Positions 39,363-48,536 of a stretch of DNA of 64,000 bases are shown here, one piece after another. Location of the stretch: NCBI GenBank assembly GCA_942491925.1, contig CALOCJ010000008.1, positions 91,006 through 155,005 of the forward strand, written 5' to 3'. Source of the stretch: Synechococcales cyanobacterium. Lineage in GTDB: Bacteria > Cyanobacteriota > Cyanobacteriia > PCC-6307 > Cyanobiaceae. Every line of letters starts with the position of its first letter. The stretch's first letter is position 1. The notes below the pieces were generated by a model. That model was not told where the DNA came from and did not search any database. It was given only the letters and a program-made list of their open reading frames with translations. A program made the translations under genes and the position numbers.

Positions 39363-39696
39363 TTAGTTAGTTATAACAAAAGGAATCATTGCATCCAGAA
39401 TGAAAATTCCATCTTGCCATCCCCCCCCTGCCCTTCACTGTATACGAGCCTGGCATAGCGCGTCCAGATTTTCTTCGGATATTAGGTTGATGCAACTATA
39501 TTGAAGTAACCCTAGCATTCGACGGGCATCGTCTAGGGTGACTTGATACACTTTGATTAACTTGGTAACCTGATCGCCGCTGGTTGGACTCCCTTTCGCG
39601 TTGGATCCACTCTATCGTCTTGCTAGTTGCTTCTTGATTATGACTTTGAGGAAAACTGCTTTGGATGCAGGCGGAATTGTTTCCGGATCACTTCAA

Positions 39697-40848
39697 TCAG
39701 CTGCCTTCAATGGCATCGGCCACATGTTCAGGCGAAGCGATAAGTTTCAGATCGCTCCATGCATTGGGATGTGCTGAAGCGTGGTCTACTTCTAGGCAAC
39801 ACAAATTTGTGAATGATACTCTTTGTCGCTGGAACTGAAAGATGAAGTTGGGATTCAGTCTTCCACTTGCCAACCCTAAGCCCACTACTCTTTTGGTAGT
39901 TATTTTATCGCCAAAATACATTAACAGATGAAGTGCGCTCCCAATCGGCGAAGCAATAACTTCCGCGGTTTTCAAATATTTAATCTGAGTGGCGAGAGTC
40001 ATGGTTTCTGGATGAATAATCACCCATCCGTTCCTGGCAAGACTTTGCTCTAACTTCTTCTCTCCCTTCAAGCAGCGTTGATTGGCGTGCAACATCGATC
40101 TGCTGATGTAAATCTTTGAGGAGGGAGTGGTTTCATTCATCCTCAGGGACACACTCCTGCGGAAGGGGTAGTGCTCAGGAGCATTCGACTGCATCCAGGC
40201 CAACTGGTTCACCATCAATCGTAGGGATGTGAAGTGATTCGTATGGATTCCAAAACGGTTCACCATGGTCGGCTTTGGCAACCATGCAGTTCGACATCTC
40301 AAAATACCTTTGATGGAAAGAGTGGATCTGATCCGTTCACGCTTTATTCCAGTTAACAGTGAGACGATATCGATCGTTTGTTCCGTCGCATTTGCGAGCA
40401 TGATGATGGTGCCATCGTTCAGTTTCTCTTTCAACTCTCCATGCAGAAGCCCGCCGAGATAGGCAGCAGTCTCTGTGAGTAGATGACCAAAATGATTGAC
40501 GTTGCAGGTTGGAATAAAGATGATTTCATCTACGTATGAAGCGTGTTCATCCTTACTCAACTTGAGAAATTTTGGTTTACCCAGTGGAAAATCCACAGGG
40601 TATGGCTGGGATGCGAGCTTGCTGGGGAGAATCTGCCCGGAAACAGTTTTTTGCCAGGCGCCCATTTCAGACACCTTCTGACCCCTGCGTAGGCAAGTCG
40701 ACAGGAGCGGTGCTCCCGAGCCATCACGGAGGCAGTTATCTGCATGAACCAGAACGCAATCGTAAAATGCTTCAATGCCCATCTGTAGCCGTGAAGGTCT
40801 TATCAATCGATAGGAAGTTATTGGTATGGTTAAAATAGGATGCTCCAT
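39697..40848 (-). CDS. Glycosyltransferase family 61 (DUF563-like)
   Basis: HFGHLLTE, KIYISRS, IIHPETMTLATQI, GSALH. Confidence 0.82.
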   Translation of the reverse strand: MEHPILTIPITSYRLIRPSRLQMGIEAFYDCVLVHADNCLRDGSGAPLLSTCLRRGQKVSEMGAWQKTVSGQILPSKLASQPYPVDFPLGKPKFLKLSKDEHASYVDEIIFIPTCNVNHFGHLLTETAAYLGGLLHGELKEKLNDGTIIMLANATEQTIDIVSLLTGIKRERIRSTLSIKGILRCRTAWLPKPTMVNRFGIHTNHFTSLRLMVNQLAWMQSNAPEHYPFRRSVSLRMNETTPSSKIYISRSMLHANQRCLKGEKKLEQSLARNGWVIIHPETMTLATQIKYLKTAEVIASPIGSALHLLMYFGDKITTKRVVGLGLASGRLNPNFIFQFQRQRVSFTNLCCLEVDHASAHPNAWSDLKLIASPEHVADAIEGS

Positions 40849-41102
40849 TGTTCTTTGCGGATAGGCTTATGCTTAACTCTTTTGAATCTCGCTTATCATC
40901 ATCCTCTCGCACCGCCACTTCACGTCAATTCGAAGTGCATTTCCTTCCATAGGTCCGAACTTCATTTCCTTGAAATATACCTCATCGTCGTGCTTGACGC
41001 AAAAACATAAATGCTCCATTATTGTGGATATCCGTGGTCACGGGTTTCCATTGGCATCGAATTTCCGCAAGAATGGAGATGCTTCCCAATAGCCCTGGTT
41101 TC

Positions 41103-41231
41103 ATGTTCTCCTTTATCCGCTCTACCCTGCTCCCAGCGACCATCATGCTGGTTTTTGGCTTGGCTCTTTTCGTTGTCAGCTCCCGGATCTGGCTCCCCGG
41201 AGACATGGCGGCTCCAGCCCCCATTGGCTGA
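41103..41231 (+). CDS. Small single-TM protein (42 aa)
   Basis: MFSFIRSTLLPATIMLVFGLALFVVSSRIWLPGDMAAPAPIG, ending 12 nt before the HEAT-repeat gene. Confidence 0.7.
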   Translation: MFSFIRSTLLPATIMLVFGLALFVVSSRIWLPGDMAAPAPIG

Positions 41232-41243
41232 GCACCTAGTTTC

Positions 41244-42047
41244 ATGAACGAGGATCCACTGCCAACCTTTCCCCCCAGCCCCACAGAACTAGTACTCGAC
41301 CAGGAAGTGCTGGCGAAGGAACTTGCCCAGGAGTTGCTCGGCGATCCCTTGGACGAGATCGAGTCTCAAGAACTTTCTCCGGAGGTTGTTGCCGCTGACT
41401 GCGACCTGGGTTTGATCCTGCTTCAAGGCAATCCCGAGGAGCGCATCCAAGGACTGCGCATTTTCTGCGAACACGTGGACCCAAGGGCTTGCCCCCTCCT
41501 GCTTCCCATGCTCAGCGCTTCCTGCCCCATCCAACGGATGAGCGCCGTCTACGCCCTTGGTCGCAATCCCCACCCCCTGGCGGTGGAGCCCCTTCTGGCT
41601 CTTCTGGAAGGAGATCACAACGGCTACGTCCGTAAGGCCGTGGCCTGGAGTCTGGGCAACTACCCCAATGCTCCCGTACTCAATCCCCTGATCCGCTCCC
41701 TCCAGATCGATATCGCCGCGGTGCGACTCTGGGCCGCCAGTTCCCTGGCCGACGCGGGGGGCACAGGAGCCGCCAAGGCGGATCCAGCGGCCGCCCATCT
41801 GCTTGAGACCCTGCGGATTGACAGCGAAGCAGCGGTGCGGTGCAACAGCGCCTGGGCGCTGGGTCGGCTCTATCCCGCCCTGGTGGAACCCCGCCAGCAG
41901 GAGGTGGTGGAGGTTTTCCTCCAGGCGATGCTGCAGGATTCTGACCCCGCCGTTCGCGATGAGGCTCGAATGGCCCTCGAACAACTCGAACGGCCGGAGG
42001 TTTTGGAACGCCTCCAGATGCTGATGGATGAAGGCTTGCTGGGTTGA
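41244..42047 (+). CDS. HEAT/PBS-lyase-like repeat protein
   Basis: Repeated R..A..ALG / VRKAVAWSLG / VRCNSAWALG units. Confidence 0.88.
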   Translation: MNEDPLPTFPPSPTELVLDQEVLAKELAQELLGDPLDEIESQELSPEVVAADCDLGLILLQGNPEERIQGLRIFCEHVDPRACPLLLPMLSASCPIQRMSAVYALGRNPHPLAVEPLLALLEGDHNGYVRKAVAWSLGNYPNAPVLNPLIRSLQIDIAAVRLWAASSLADAGGTGAAKADPAAAHLLETLRIDSEAAVRCNSAWALGRLYPALVEPRQQEVVEVFLQAMLQDSDPAVRDEARMALEQLERPEVLERLQMLMDEGLLG

Positions 42048-42133
42048 GGGCGGTAGCTGACTGGTTGCCGCTGGTTGGCGACCTCGGTTCTGCAAAAGAG
42101 AAGCTAGGCTCCGGCAACGTTTGAATGGGTTGG

Positions 42134-42346
42134 ATGGCACAGCGCACCATCCGCTACCGCATCCGTCCGGATGGCCGGGTCGAGCAACTTGTTGAGGGCG
42201 TGTTCGGATCAGGCTGTGAGCAGCTCACCGAGCGCATTGAAGCCAATCTCGGGAAGGTCCAACATCGCCGTCCAACTCCCGAGGCTTTTCTTGGCCTTCC
42301 CAGCGAAGAAACCCTTGACCAGCACCTGAAACAGTCCCTCACCTGA
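42134..42346 (+). CDS. DUF2997 family protein
   Basis: TIRYRIRPDGRVEQLVEGV.G..C..LTE.IEA.LG.V; precedes DUF1257. Confidence 0.82.
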   Translation: MAQRTIRYRIRPDGRVEQLVEGVFGSGCEQLTERIEANLGKVQHRRPTPEAFLGLPSEETLDQHLKQSLT

Positions 42347-42367
42347 TTCCTTCTTCGAGTTCTCCCC

Positions 42368-42760
42368 ATGTCCCACTTCAGCAGCCTCAAGACTGAACTC
42401 CGCGACGGCCCTGCCCTGGTTCAGGCCCTGACGGACCTTGGCTTTGCTCCGGCCAGTGCCCCCCAGCCAGTCCGTGGTTATCAGGGCCAGACCGTGACCG
42501 CTGAGATCGCCGTTCCCCAGCCCCATGGTGCGGATATCGGGTTTCGTTGGAATGCGGCCATCGGCAGCTATGAGCTGGTCACCGATCTGCAGTTGTGGAA
42601 GCAACCCATACCAATCGAGCGCTTTCTGGCTCAACTTCATCAGCGCTATGCGCTTCGTTCCATTCTTGCGGCCACGGCCGCCGAGGGTTTCCAGGTGAGC
42701 GAACAGAAGGATCACAATGACGGCAGCATTGAATTGGTGGTAACCCGCTGGGACGGCTGA
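42368..42760 (+). CDS. DUF1257 (Ycf35-like) protein
   Basis: MSHFS.LKTE, VRGYQGQT, YELVTDLQLW, DGSIELVVTRW. Confidence 0.88.
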   Translation: MSHFSSLKTELRDGPALVQALTDLGFAPASAPQPVRGYQGQTVTAEIAVPQPHGADIGFRWNAAIGSYELVTDLQLWKQPIPIERFLAQLHQRYALRSILAATAAEGFQVSEQKDHNDGSIELVVTRWDG

Positions 42761-42766
42761 ATCGTT

Positions 42767-43207
42767 GTGAACACCGATCAGATTCCGTCCGCTCCCTGCC
42801 CGCTCACGGGATCCGACCCTTCGATCGCGCTCACAGCACCGATTGAACACCATCCAACTCCTTCCCGAGCTGACCCTCTGCTGGGTGGTGCCCTTCGCCA
42901 GAAGGCGGTATGGGTGGACGAGGCTGTCTGCATCGGCTGTCGCTACTGCGCCCATGTGGCTGGCAACACTTTCATCGTGGAGCCCACCTGGGGCCGCTCC
43001 CGGGCGTTTCGCCAGGATGGTGACAGCACCGAACGGATTCAGGAAGCCATCGATACCTGTCCGGTCGACTGCATCCACTGGGTGGCCTACGAGAAACTGG
43101 ATGAACTCGGCAACCAGCTGCAGGAGCAGGAGATCCAACCCCTCGGCTTCCCCGCCGCTGCCCGCCGCAAGCGGACCTTGCCCCGCGCCCGATCTCCTCG
43201 GCCTTGA
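42767..43207 (+). CDS. Ferredoxin (single-cluster Fer4 type)
   Basis: CIGCRYCAH...QEAIDTCPVDCIHW. Confidence 0.9.
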   Translation: MNTDQIPSAPCPLTGSDPSIALTAPIEHHPTPSRADPLLGGALRQKAVWVDEAVCIGCRYCAHVAGNTFIVEPTWGRSRAFRQDGDSTERIQEAIDTCPVDCIHWVAYEKLDELGNQLQEQEIQPLGFPAAARRKRTLPRARSPRP

Positions 43208-44445
43208 CCATCCCCACCCGCCGCTTCGGCCGGACGGAGCTCGCCATGCCTGTGCTTTCCCTGGGCGGCATGAGATTCCAGCAGAGCTGGAACGATCTTC
43301 CGGCCGACCAGATCAGACCGGAAAGCCAGGACCTGTTGACCTCAACCCTGGAGAGAGCCCGCTCTGTGGGCATGCATCACATCGAAACCGCCCGGCACTA
43401 CGGCACTTCGGAGCGGCAACTGGGTGCCCTCCTGCCCGAGATCCCTGATCCGGCCAGGATCCTTCAGACCAAGGTGCCTCCCCAGGAGGACCCCTCCGCC
43501 TTCGAGGCCGACCTGACGCTGAGCTTCGAGCGGCTCGGTCTCGTTCCAACGGAGCAGGGAGGAAACCATCGAGATCCGGGCCGAACCCACGTGGATCTGC
43601 TGGCCATCCATGGCATCAATCTGCCGGAACATCTGCATCAGACCTTGCGGCCCGGCGGCTGCCTGGAGGTGGCGCGTCGCTGGCAGGCCCTGGGACACAT
43701 CGGATCGATCGGCTTTTCCACCCATGCCCCGTTGCCGTTGATTCTCCAGGCGATTGAGAGCGACGCCTTTGATTACATCAACCTGCATTGGTATTTCATC
43801 CGCCAGGACAACGGCCCCGCCATTGATGCGGCCCGTTCCCACGACATGGGCGTGTTTCTGATCAGCCCCACCGACAAGGGCGGTCACCTGCACACGCCTT
43901 CGCAGCGGTTGCGGGAACTGTGTGCGCCCCTGCATCCGATCGTGTTCAACGACCTGTTCTGTCTGGCCCATGCCGGGGTGCACACGATCAGTGTGGGAGC
44001 GGCGGGTCCGCAGGATCTCAGCCTTCATCTCGAGGCGGTGCGGTTGCTGGATCAGGCCTCTCTCCTGCTGCCACCGATCCTGGAGCGGCTGGAAAGAAGC
44101 CGCCTGGAGGGGCTGGGCGCCTCCTGGCTGGCCAGCTGGAAGCAGGGATTGCCGGACTGGCACGAAACGCCAGGGGAGATCAATCTGCCGGTGCTGCTCT
44201 GGCTTCACAACCTTGTGGAGGCCTGGGGACTGGAGGGTTACGCCCGCGCTCGCTACGGGCTGCTGGGGAATGGGGGCCATTGGTTCCCCGGCAGGAACGC
44301 CGACGCTCTGGATGTCTCAGTCAGCGAAGCGGAGCTGGCCGTCGTACTGGAGCAGAGCCCCTGGGCCGCCCGCATCCCCGCCCTGTTGCGGCGGTTGCGG
44401 GAGCGGCTCGGCGGTGAAACCACCCAGCGCCTGCAGGTGGAGTGA
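43204..44445 (+). CDS. Aldo/keto reductase family protein
   Basis: RRFGRTEL, SLGGMR, ETARHYG.SE, IGFSTH. Confidence 0.88.
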   Translation: MTIPTRRFGRTELAMPVLSLGGMRFQQSWNDLPADQIRPESQDLLTSTLERARSVGMHHIETARHYGTSERQLGALLPEIPDPARILQTKVPPQEDPSAFEADLTLSFERLGLVPTEQGGNHRDPGRTHVDLLAIHGINLPEHLHQTLRPGGCLEVARRWQALGHIGSIGFSTHAPLPLILQAIESDAFDYINLHWYFIRQDNGPAIDAARSHDMGVFLISPTDKGGHLHTPSQRLRELCAPLHPIVFNDLFCLAHAGVHTISVGAAGPQDLSLHLEAVRLLDQASLLLPPILERLERSRLEGLGASWLASWKQGLPDWHETPGEINLPVLLWLHNLVEAWGLEGYARARYGLLGNGGHWFPGRNADALDVSVSEAELAVVLEQSPWAARIPALLRRLRERLGGETTQRLQVE

Positions 44446-44463
44446 GCCGGAGACGCACCGGCC

Positions 44464-45321
44464 TCAGCCCCCGCTGCTGATCGGCGTCTTGAGGGGAACT
44501 CCCACGGGCCGGGGGTAGGCCTCGGGGCACGGACCCAGGGGCCGCAGCGTCACCGCGTGGCGCAGGCCACGGCCGGCCGGGAGGTCCCTGCGTTCCACCG
44601 CCGCCACCTCGGCCTTCAGCAGGCCAGCGGCCTGCTCCAGATCGCGGCGATCCTGCCGCCCCCAGCGGCCTCGGTACAGCAGGGCCCGGCCGGCTGGATT
44701 CAGCAGCGGCACCAGGTATTCCGCCACCACCGGCGCTCCGGCCACGGCCCGGGCCATGGCCCAGTCAAAGCGTCCCCGGCAGGCCGCCGCGCGCCCCGTG
44801 CGCTCGATCCGTTCGCAACGCAGTCGAACCCGCTCCTCCAGGCCGAGGGCCGTCACCATCGCTTGCACCGCCTCCACCTTGCGCCCCACCGAATCCACCA
44901 GGGTGAGGCGCGCCGAAGGCAGGGCGATGGCCACCGCCAGGCCAGGAAATCCGCCGCCGGTGCCCACATCAATCACTTCCAGGGGAGCTGTCTGGCCGGC
45001 TTCGACCTCCCCTCCGAGGCCGCTGTGCTCACCGTTCAGCAAGCCCAGCAGCGGCCAGAGACTGTCGAACACCTGGGCGATCCAGTAGTCATCCCCTTCC
45101 ACCAGCCGGGTGAGGTTCACCCGTGCGTTCCAGTGGCGCAACTGCTCCTGGAGAAGCAGAAACTGGCCCTGTTGCTGATCATCGGGATGCCAGCCCAGGT
45201 TCGCCCAGAGGGCTTCAATACCCCCCGGCCCCGTTTGTCCTGCTCGATCAGCCCCTGGCGGGAGGTGGTCCTGGCCAGGGGCATCAGGACGAGCTGGTGG
45301 GCTGGCTTCGGCCATCAGCAA
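44464..45321 (-). CDS. rsmG: 16S rRNA m7G527 methyltransferase
   Basis: WNARVNLT, DVGTGGGFPG, DSVGRK, ARAVA. Confidence 0.95.
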   Translation of the reverse strand: MLMAEASPPARPDAPGQDHLPPGADRAGQTGPGGIEALWANLGWHPDDQQQGQFLLLQEQLRHWNARVNLTRLVEGDDYWIAQVFDSLWPLLGLLNGEHSGLGGEVEAGQTAPLEVIDVGTGGGFPGLAVAIALPSARLTLVDSVGRKVEAVQAMVTALGLEERVRLRCERIERTGRAAACRGRFDWAMARAVAGAPVVAEYLVPLLNPAGRALLYRGRWGRQDRRDLEQAAGLLKAEVAAVERRDLPAGRGLRHAVTLRPLGPCPEAYPRPVGVPLKTPISSGG

Positions 45322-45398
45322 CGGATCGGGACGGTGTCCCTAGGATCATCCACAATCGCGTGGGCACAACCGCGCGGGCCGACCGCCTGCCTGGGGCC

Positions 45399-46037
45399 AT
45401 GGCCACCCCTTCACCTCCTGATCCCGGGGCCCCCGAACCCAACCACTACGCACTGCTGCGACTTCCCGAGTCCGCCACACCGCAACAGCTGCGCGCCGCC
45501 TTTCGCACGCTGAGCAAGCTGTACCACCCGGACACCACCCCATTGCCCCTGGCCGAGGCTTCCCTCTCCTTTCAACGGCTGCAGCAGGCTTATGCCGTCC
45601 TGATTGATCCCTCTGCCCGCCGTGCTTACGACATCAGGCGCACCCAGGCGAGAAGTTCCGGCCAGGCTGCGGCAGATTCGCCGTCCCAGGCTGGCGATGC
45701 GGCCTTCAGGGCAGGGTTCAGCTCCACGGGCTTCCCCATGGGGCACCGTCCCCCTGGAGCTTCCGGCTCGGCAGGGGCGGCAGACCTCCGAGCGTCGGGC
45801 CGCTCCACCTCGGTGCGACGGGCTCTCTCCGGAGGTGAATGGTTCGCCCTGTTGCTCCTGGCCGTCGCCTTGCTGCTCAGCCTCGTCCTGGGCGTCGGTC
45901 TGGCCTGGGCGCGTGGAGCCGAACTGATGCGGCAGCCCAGCTGGTGGGGAGATCAGATCGCCCACCCTGGGACGAACAACGCCGGCATTGAAAGAGTGCC
46001 GGTTGCTCCGATCTCACCCCCTCCCCCCAGTCAGTAG
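45399..46037 (+). CDS. J-domain protein with C-terminal TM
   Basis: HYALL, YHPD, RRAYD; C-terminal hydrophobic helix. Confidence 0.88.
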   Translation: MATPSPPDPGAPEPNHYALLRLPESATPQQLRAAFRTLSKLYHPDTTPLPLAEASLSFQRLQQAYAVLIDPSARRAYDIRRTQARSSGQAAADSPSQAGDAAFRAGFSSTGFPMGHRPPGASGSAGAADLRASGRSTSVRRALSGGEWFALLLLAVALLLSLVLGVGLAWARGAELMRQPSWWGDQIAHPGTNNAGIERVPVAPISPPPPSQ

Positions 46038-46040
46038 CAG

Positions 46041-46319
46041 TTGCCCATGCCCAACGCGAAACTCCCCGCCGATGGAACGCCTCTCTACAACCATGCCCTG
46101 CCGGCTCTGGAACAGTGGCTGTACGAGCTGGGGGCCCGTCAGAGCCAGCGCCACGCCTCTCTCTGGGACCTGCGCTGCCCTCAATGGAGCGTCCAGATCG
46201 AGCTGGAGAGCGAGGAACTCAAGGTGAGCTGGAACCATGACGGCCAACGCAGTGTGCGCCACTTCCCCTACGGGCTTTCGCGCGCGGATGTGGAAGCGGC
46301 GATCCTGGCCGGCCCCTGA
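46041..46319 (+). CDS. DUF3143 family protein
   Basis: PLYNH.LPALEQWL, FPYGLSRADVEAAILAGP. Confidence 0.85.
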   Translation: MPMPNAKLPADGTPLYNHALPALEQWLYELGARQSQRHASLWDLRCPQWSVQIELESEELKVSWNHDGQRSVRHFPYGLSRADVEAAILAGP

Positions 46320-46358
46320 TCCCGGGCGACAACCTCGGCGCCGACGCCGGCTTCCAGC

Positions 46359-47672
46359 TCAGATTTCATCCAAAGCTGCGGTGATGGCCCCGTAGCACCG
46401 CTCCAGTTGCGCCTGGTTGATCCCCAGGGGCGGCAGCAGATACACCACATCCCCGAGCGGCCGCAGGAACACCCCCCTCGCCAGGGCAAGGCTCTGGAGC
46501 CGGCGGCCAGCAGGGTGGAGATACCCCGTTGGATTGCACCCGGCTGGCGCCGCCAGATCAAAGGCGGCGACGCTCCCCAGCAACCTGGGTCGTCGAACCC
46601 TGGGGTGGGTGGCCAGGGTCTCGAGGTGGGGGCGATGGCGAGCCTCCATGCCCCGATAAGAAATCGGATTCCGTTCCAGCAGATCCAGGCTGGCCAGGGC
46701 GGCTGCGCAGCCCAGGGGATTGGCCGTGTAGCTGTGGCCATGGAACAGGGTGAGGCCAGGATCTGTGCCGATGAAACCCCGGAAAATTTCCTCCCTGGCG
46801 AGGGTCACCCCCATCGGCAGGAACCCCCCGGTGAGCCCCTTGGACAGGGCCATGAGATCCGGGTTCAGACCGGCGCGCCGGCAGGCGAACAGGTCGCCGC
46901 TGCGACCGAAGCCCACCAGCACCTCGTCGGCGATCAGCAGAGCCCCCGCCCGCCGTGCCCGCTCCTCAACCCCCCGCAGAAACGAGGGACGCACCATCGC
47001 CATGCCCCCGGCCCCCTGCAGCAGGGGCTCGAGGATCACGGCCGCTGTGGGGATCTCCAGCAACTGCTCCAGGCGAAGCAGGGCTTCCGCTTCCCGGCGA
47101 TCGACCTCGTCATCCCCCCACCAGGTGGCGGGCCAGGGGGCCCGGGCCACCGCAAACAGGAGGGATTCGAAGGGGGCGGAAAAAAGAGACCGCTCTCCGA
47201 CCGCCATCGCGCCGAAGGTGTCACCGTGATAGGCCCCGTCGAAGGCGATCAGCTGGTCCCGGGGCTGGCCCTGGTTCCGCCACCACTGCCAGGCGATCTT
47301 GATCGCCACCTCCACAGCGGTGGAGCCGTTGTCGGAGAAGAAGAGGCGCTCCAGGCCACTGAGGCGGCTGAGACGCTCCGCCAGCTGTTCAGCGGCTGGA
47401 TGGCGGAAATCGGCGAAGATCACCTGTTCCAGGCAGCTGGCCTGGCTGGCGATCGCGGCGGCGATCGAAGCCTCCCCATGGCCGTGCAAAGTCACCCACC
47501 AGCTGCTGATGGCATCGATCAGCCGCCGGCCATCGTCAAGGATCAGTTCGGAGCCTTCCCCTCGCACCACCCTCAGGGGGGGCTGGGCGGTCGCCACCTG
47601 GGTGAAGGGGTGCCAGAGATGGGGATGCCAGGACCGACCTTCGGAGCCATCCTCGGGAGGGGTGGAGCGCAA
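46359..47672 (-). CDS. bioA: Adenosylmethionine-8-amino-7-oxononanoate aminotransferase (start uncertain)
   Basis: LWHPFTQ, SSWWVTLHGH, YHGDTFGAM, ADEV, SKGLTGG, HGHSYTANP. Confidence 0.96.
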   Translation of the reverse strand: MRSTPPEDGSEGRSWHPHLWHPFTQVATAQPPLRVVRGEGSELILDDGRRLIDAISSWWVTLHGHGEASIAAAIASQASCLEQVIFADFRHPAAEQLAERLSRLSGLERLFFSDNGSTAVEVAIKIAWQWWRNQGQPRDQLIAFDGAYHGDTFGAMAVGERSLFSAPFESLLFAVARAPWPATWWGDDEVDRREAEALLRLEQLLEIPTAAVILEPLLQGAGGMAMVRPSFLRGVEERARRAGALLIADEVLVGFGRSGDLFACRRAGLNPDLMALSKGLTGGFLPMGVTLAREEIFRGFIGTDPGLTLFHGHSYTANPLGCAAALASLDLLERNPISYRGMEARHRPHLETLATHPRVRRPRLLGSVAAFDLAAPAGCNPTGYLHPAGRRLQSLALARGVFLRPLGDVVYLLPPLGINQAQLERCYGAITAALDEI

Positions 47673-47742
47673 GACGGGGTGGAAGCCGTAAAGGTTGGTT
47701 GTAGGGAGGCTTGGGCCTGGGCGAGGTGGTGCGGAACCAGGT

Positions 47743-47916
47743 TCAGCGACAGACCGAGCTCTGCTTCGAAACCTGCGAGGCAAGAGGCCCACAGTTGACC
47801 CATTGAATCACCGACACCTCAATGTCAGTGAACAGCACCAGAATTCCGGCGCACACCACAACCACACCGGCACTGACCAGGAGGTGCTGAACGTTGCCGG
47901 GAGGGCCGGAAGTCAC
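47743..47916 (-). CDS. 57-aa single-TM protein inside the bio operon
   Basis: Manual translation MTSGPPGNVQHLLVSAGVVVVCAGILVLFTDIEVSVIQWVNCGPLASQVSKQSSVCR; GTGA overlap with the bioD stop. Confidence 0.7.
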   Translation of the reverse strand: MTSGPPGNVQHLLVSAGVVVVCAGILVLFTDIEVSVIQWVNCGPLASQVSKQSSVCR

Positions 47917-48536
47917 AGGCTCATCTTATCGGCCAGCCCGCTGGCCTGCCACTGGCGCCGCAGCGTCCCCGCATCGAGGCGCGCAAGATGCGGCAGCTGG
48001 GCCAGGACCGGAACCCCTGCCAACCGCTCGAGGGTTCGGGGATTGTCCGGGTGGGGCGGGCCATTCAGCACCAGACCCAGCACCTGGAGGTTGCGCCGCC
48101 CCAGGGCTTCCATCGACAGCAGGGTGTGGTTGAGCGTGCCCAGTCCGCTGCTGGCGACCAACAGCACCGGTAGACCCCAGCGGGCGATCTGATCGATCTG
48201 GAGCCAGTCCCGGCCCAGGGGCACCAGCAGTCCACCGGCGGTTTCCACCACCAGGGGGCCCTCCACCTCCGGCAGGGCCAGACGGGCCGGATCGATCACC
48301 ACCCCCTCCTGTTCTGCGGCCCAGTGGGGCGAGACCGCCGCCCTGAACCGGTAGGCCTCCGGCAGCATGCGGTCTGGTGGCAAGGCCAGCAGCTGTTGCA
48401 CACGGCCGCTGTCGCCGCCGCCCTCCAGGCCGCTCTGAATCGGTTTCCAGTAACGGGCCCCCAGCCCCTGAACCACCAGGGCACTCACCACCGTCTTGCC
48501 CACGTCGGTGCCGGTTCCGCAGACCACCAGCCGCAT
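47913..48536 (-). CDS. bioD: Dethiobiotin synthase
   Basis: GTGTDVGKT, YWKPIQSG, SPH.AA, VETAGG, LGTLNHT; TGATG overlap with bioC. Confidence 0.96.
   Translation of the reverse strand: MRLVVCGTGTDVGKTVVSALVVQGLGARYWKPIQSGLEGGGDSGRVQQLLALPPDRMLPEAYRFRAAVSPHWAAEQEGVVIDPARLALPEVEGPLVVETAGGLLVPLGRDWLQIDQIARWGLPVLLVASSGLGTLNHTLLSMEALGRRNLQVLGLVLNGPPHPDNPRTLERLAGVPVLAQLPHLARLDAGTLRRQWQASGLADKMSL

Larger units (their letters stand above)
35100..41000. other. AT-rich accessory island of surface protein and glycan-modification genes (boundaries approximate)
   Basis: Sharp composition drop (e.g. 36301-36360 has 14 G+C in 60 nt) between the symporter and the HEAT-repeat locus; no mobility gene seen. 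Confidence 0.85.

Noticed and set aside
35102-41000. tgcttga(t)cgc at both island edges as a possible att site or target duplication
   Set aside because: Only ~10 nt with an indel, and no integrase or tRNA; chance is plausible
42767-46037. Ferredoxin and J-domain gene as a split DnaJ-Fer protein
   Set aside because: Separated by two genes, and both occur as normal standalone cyanobacterial proteins
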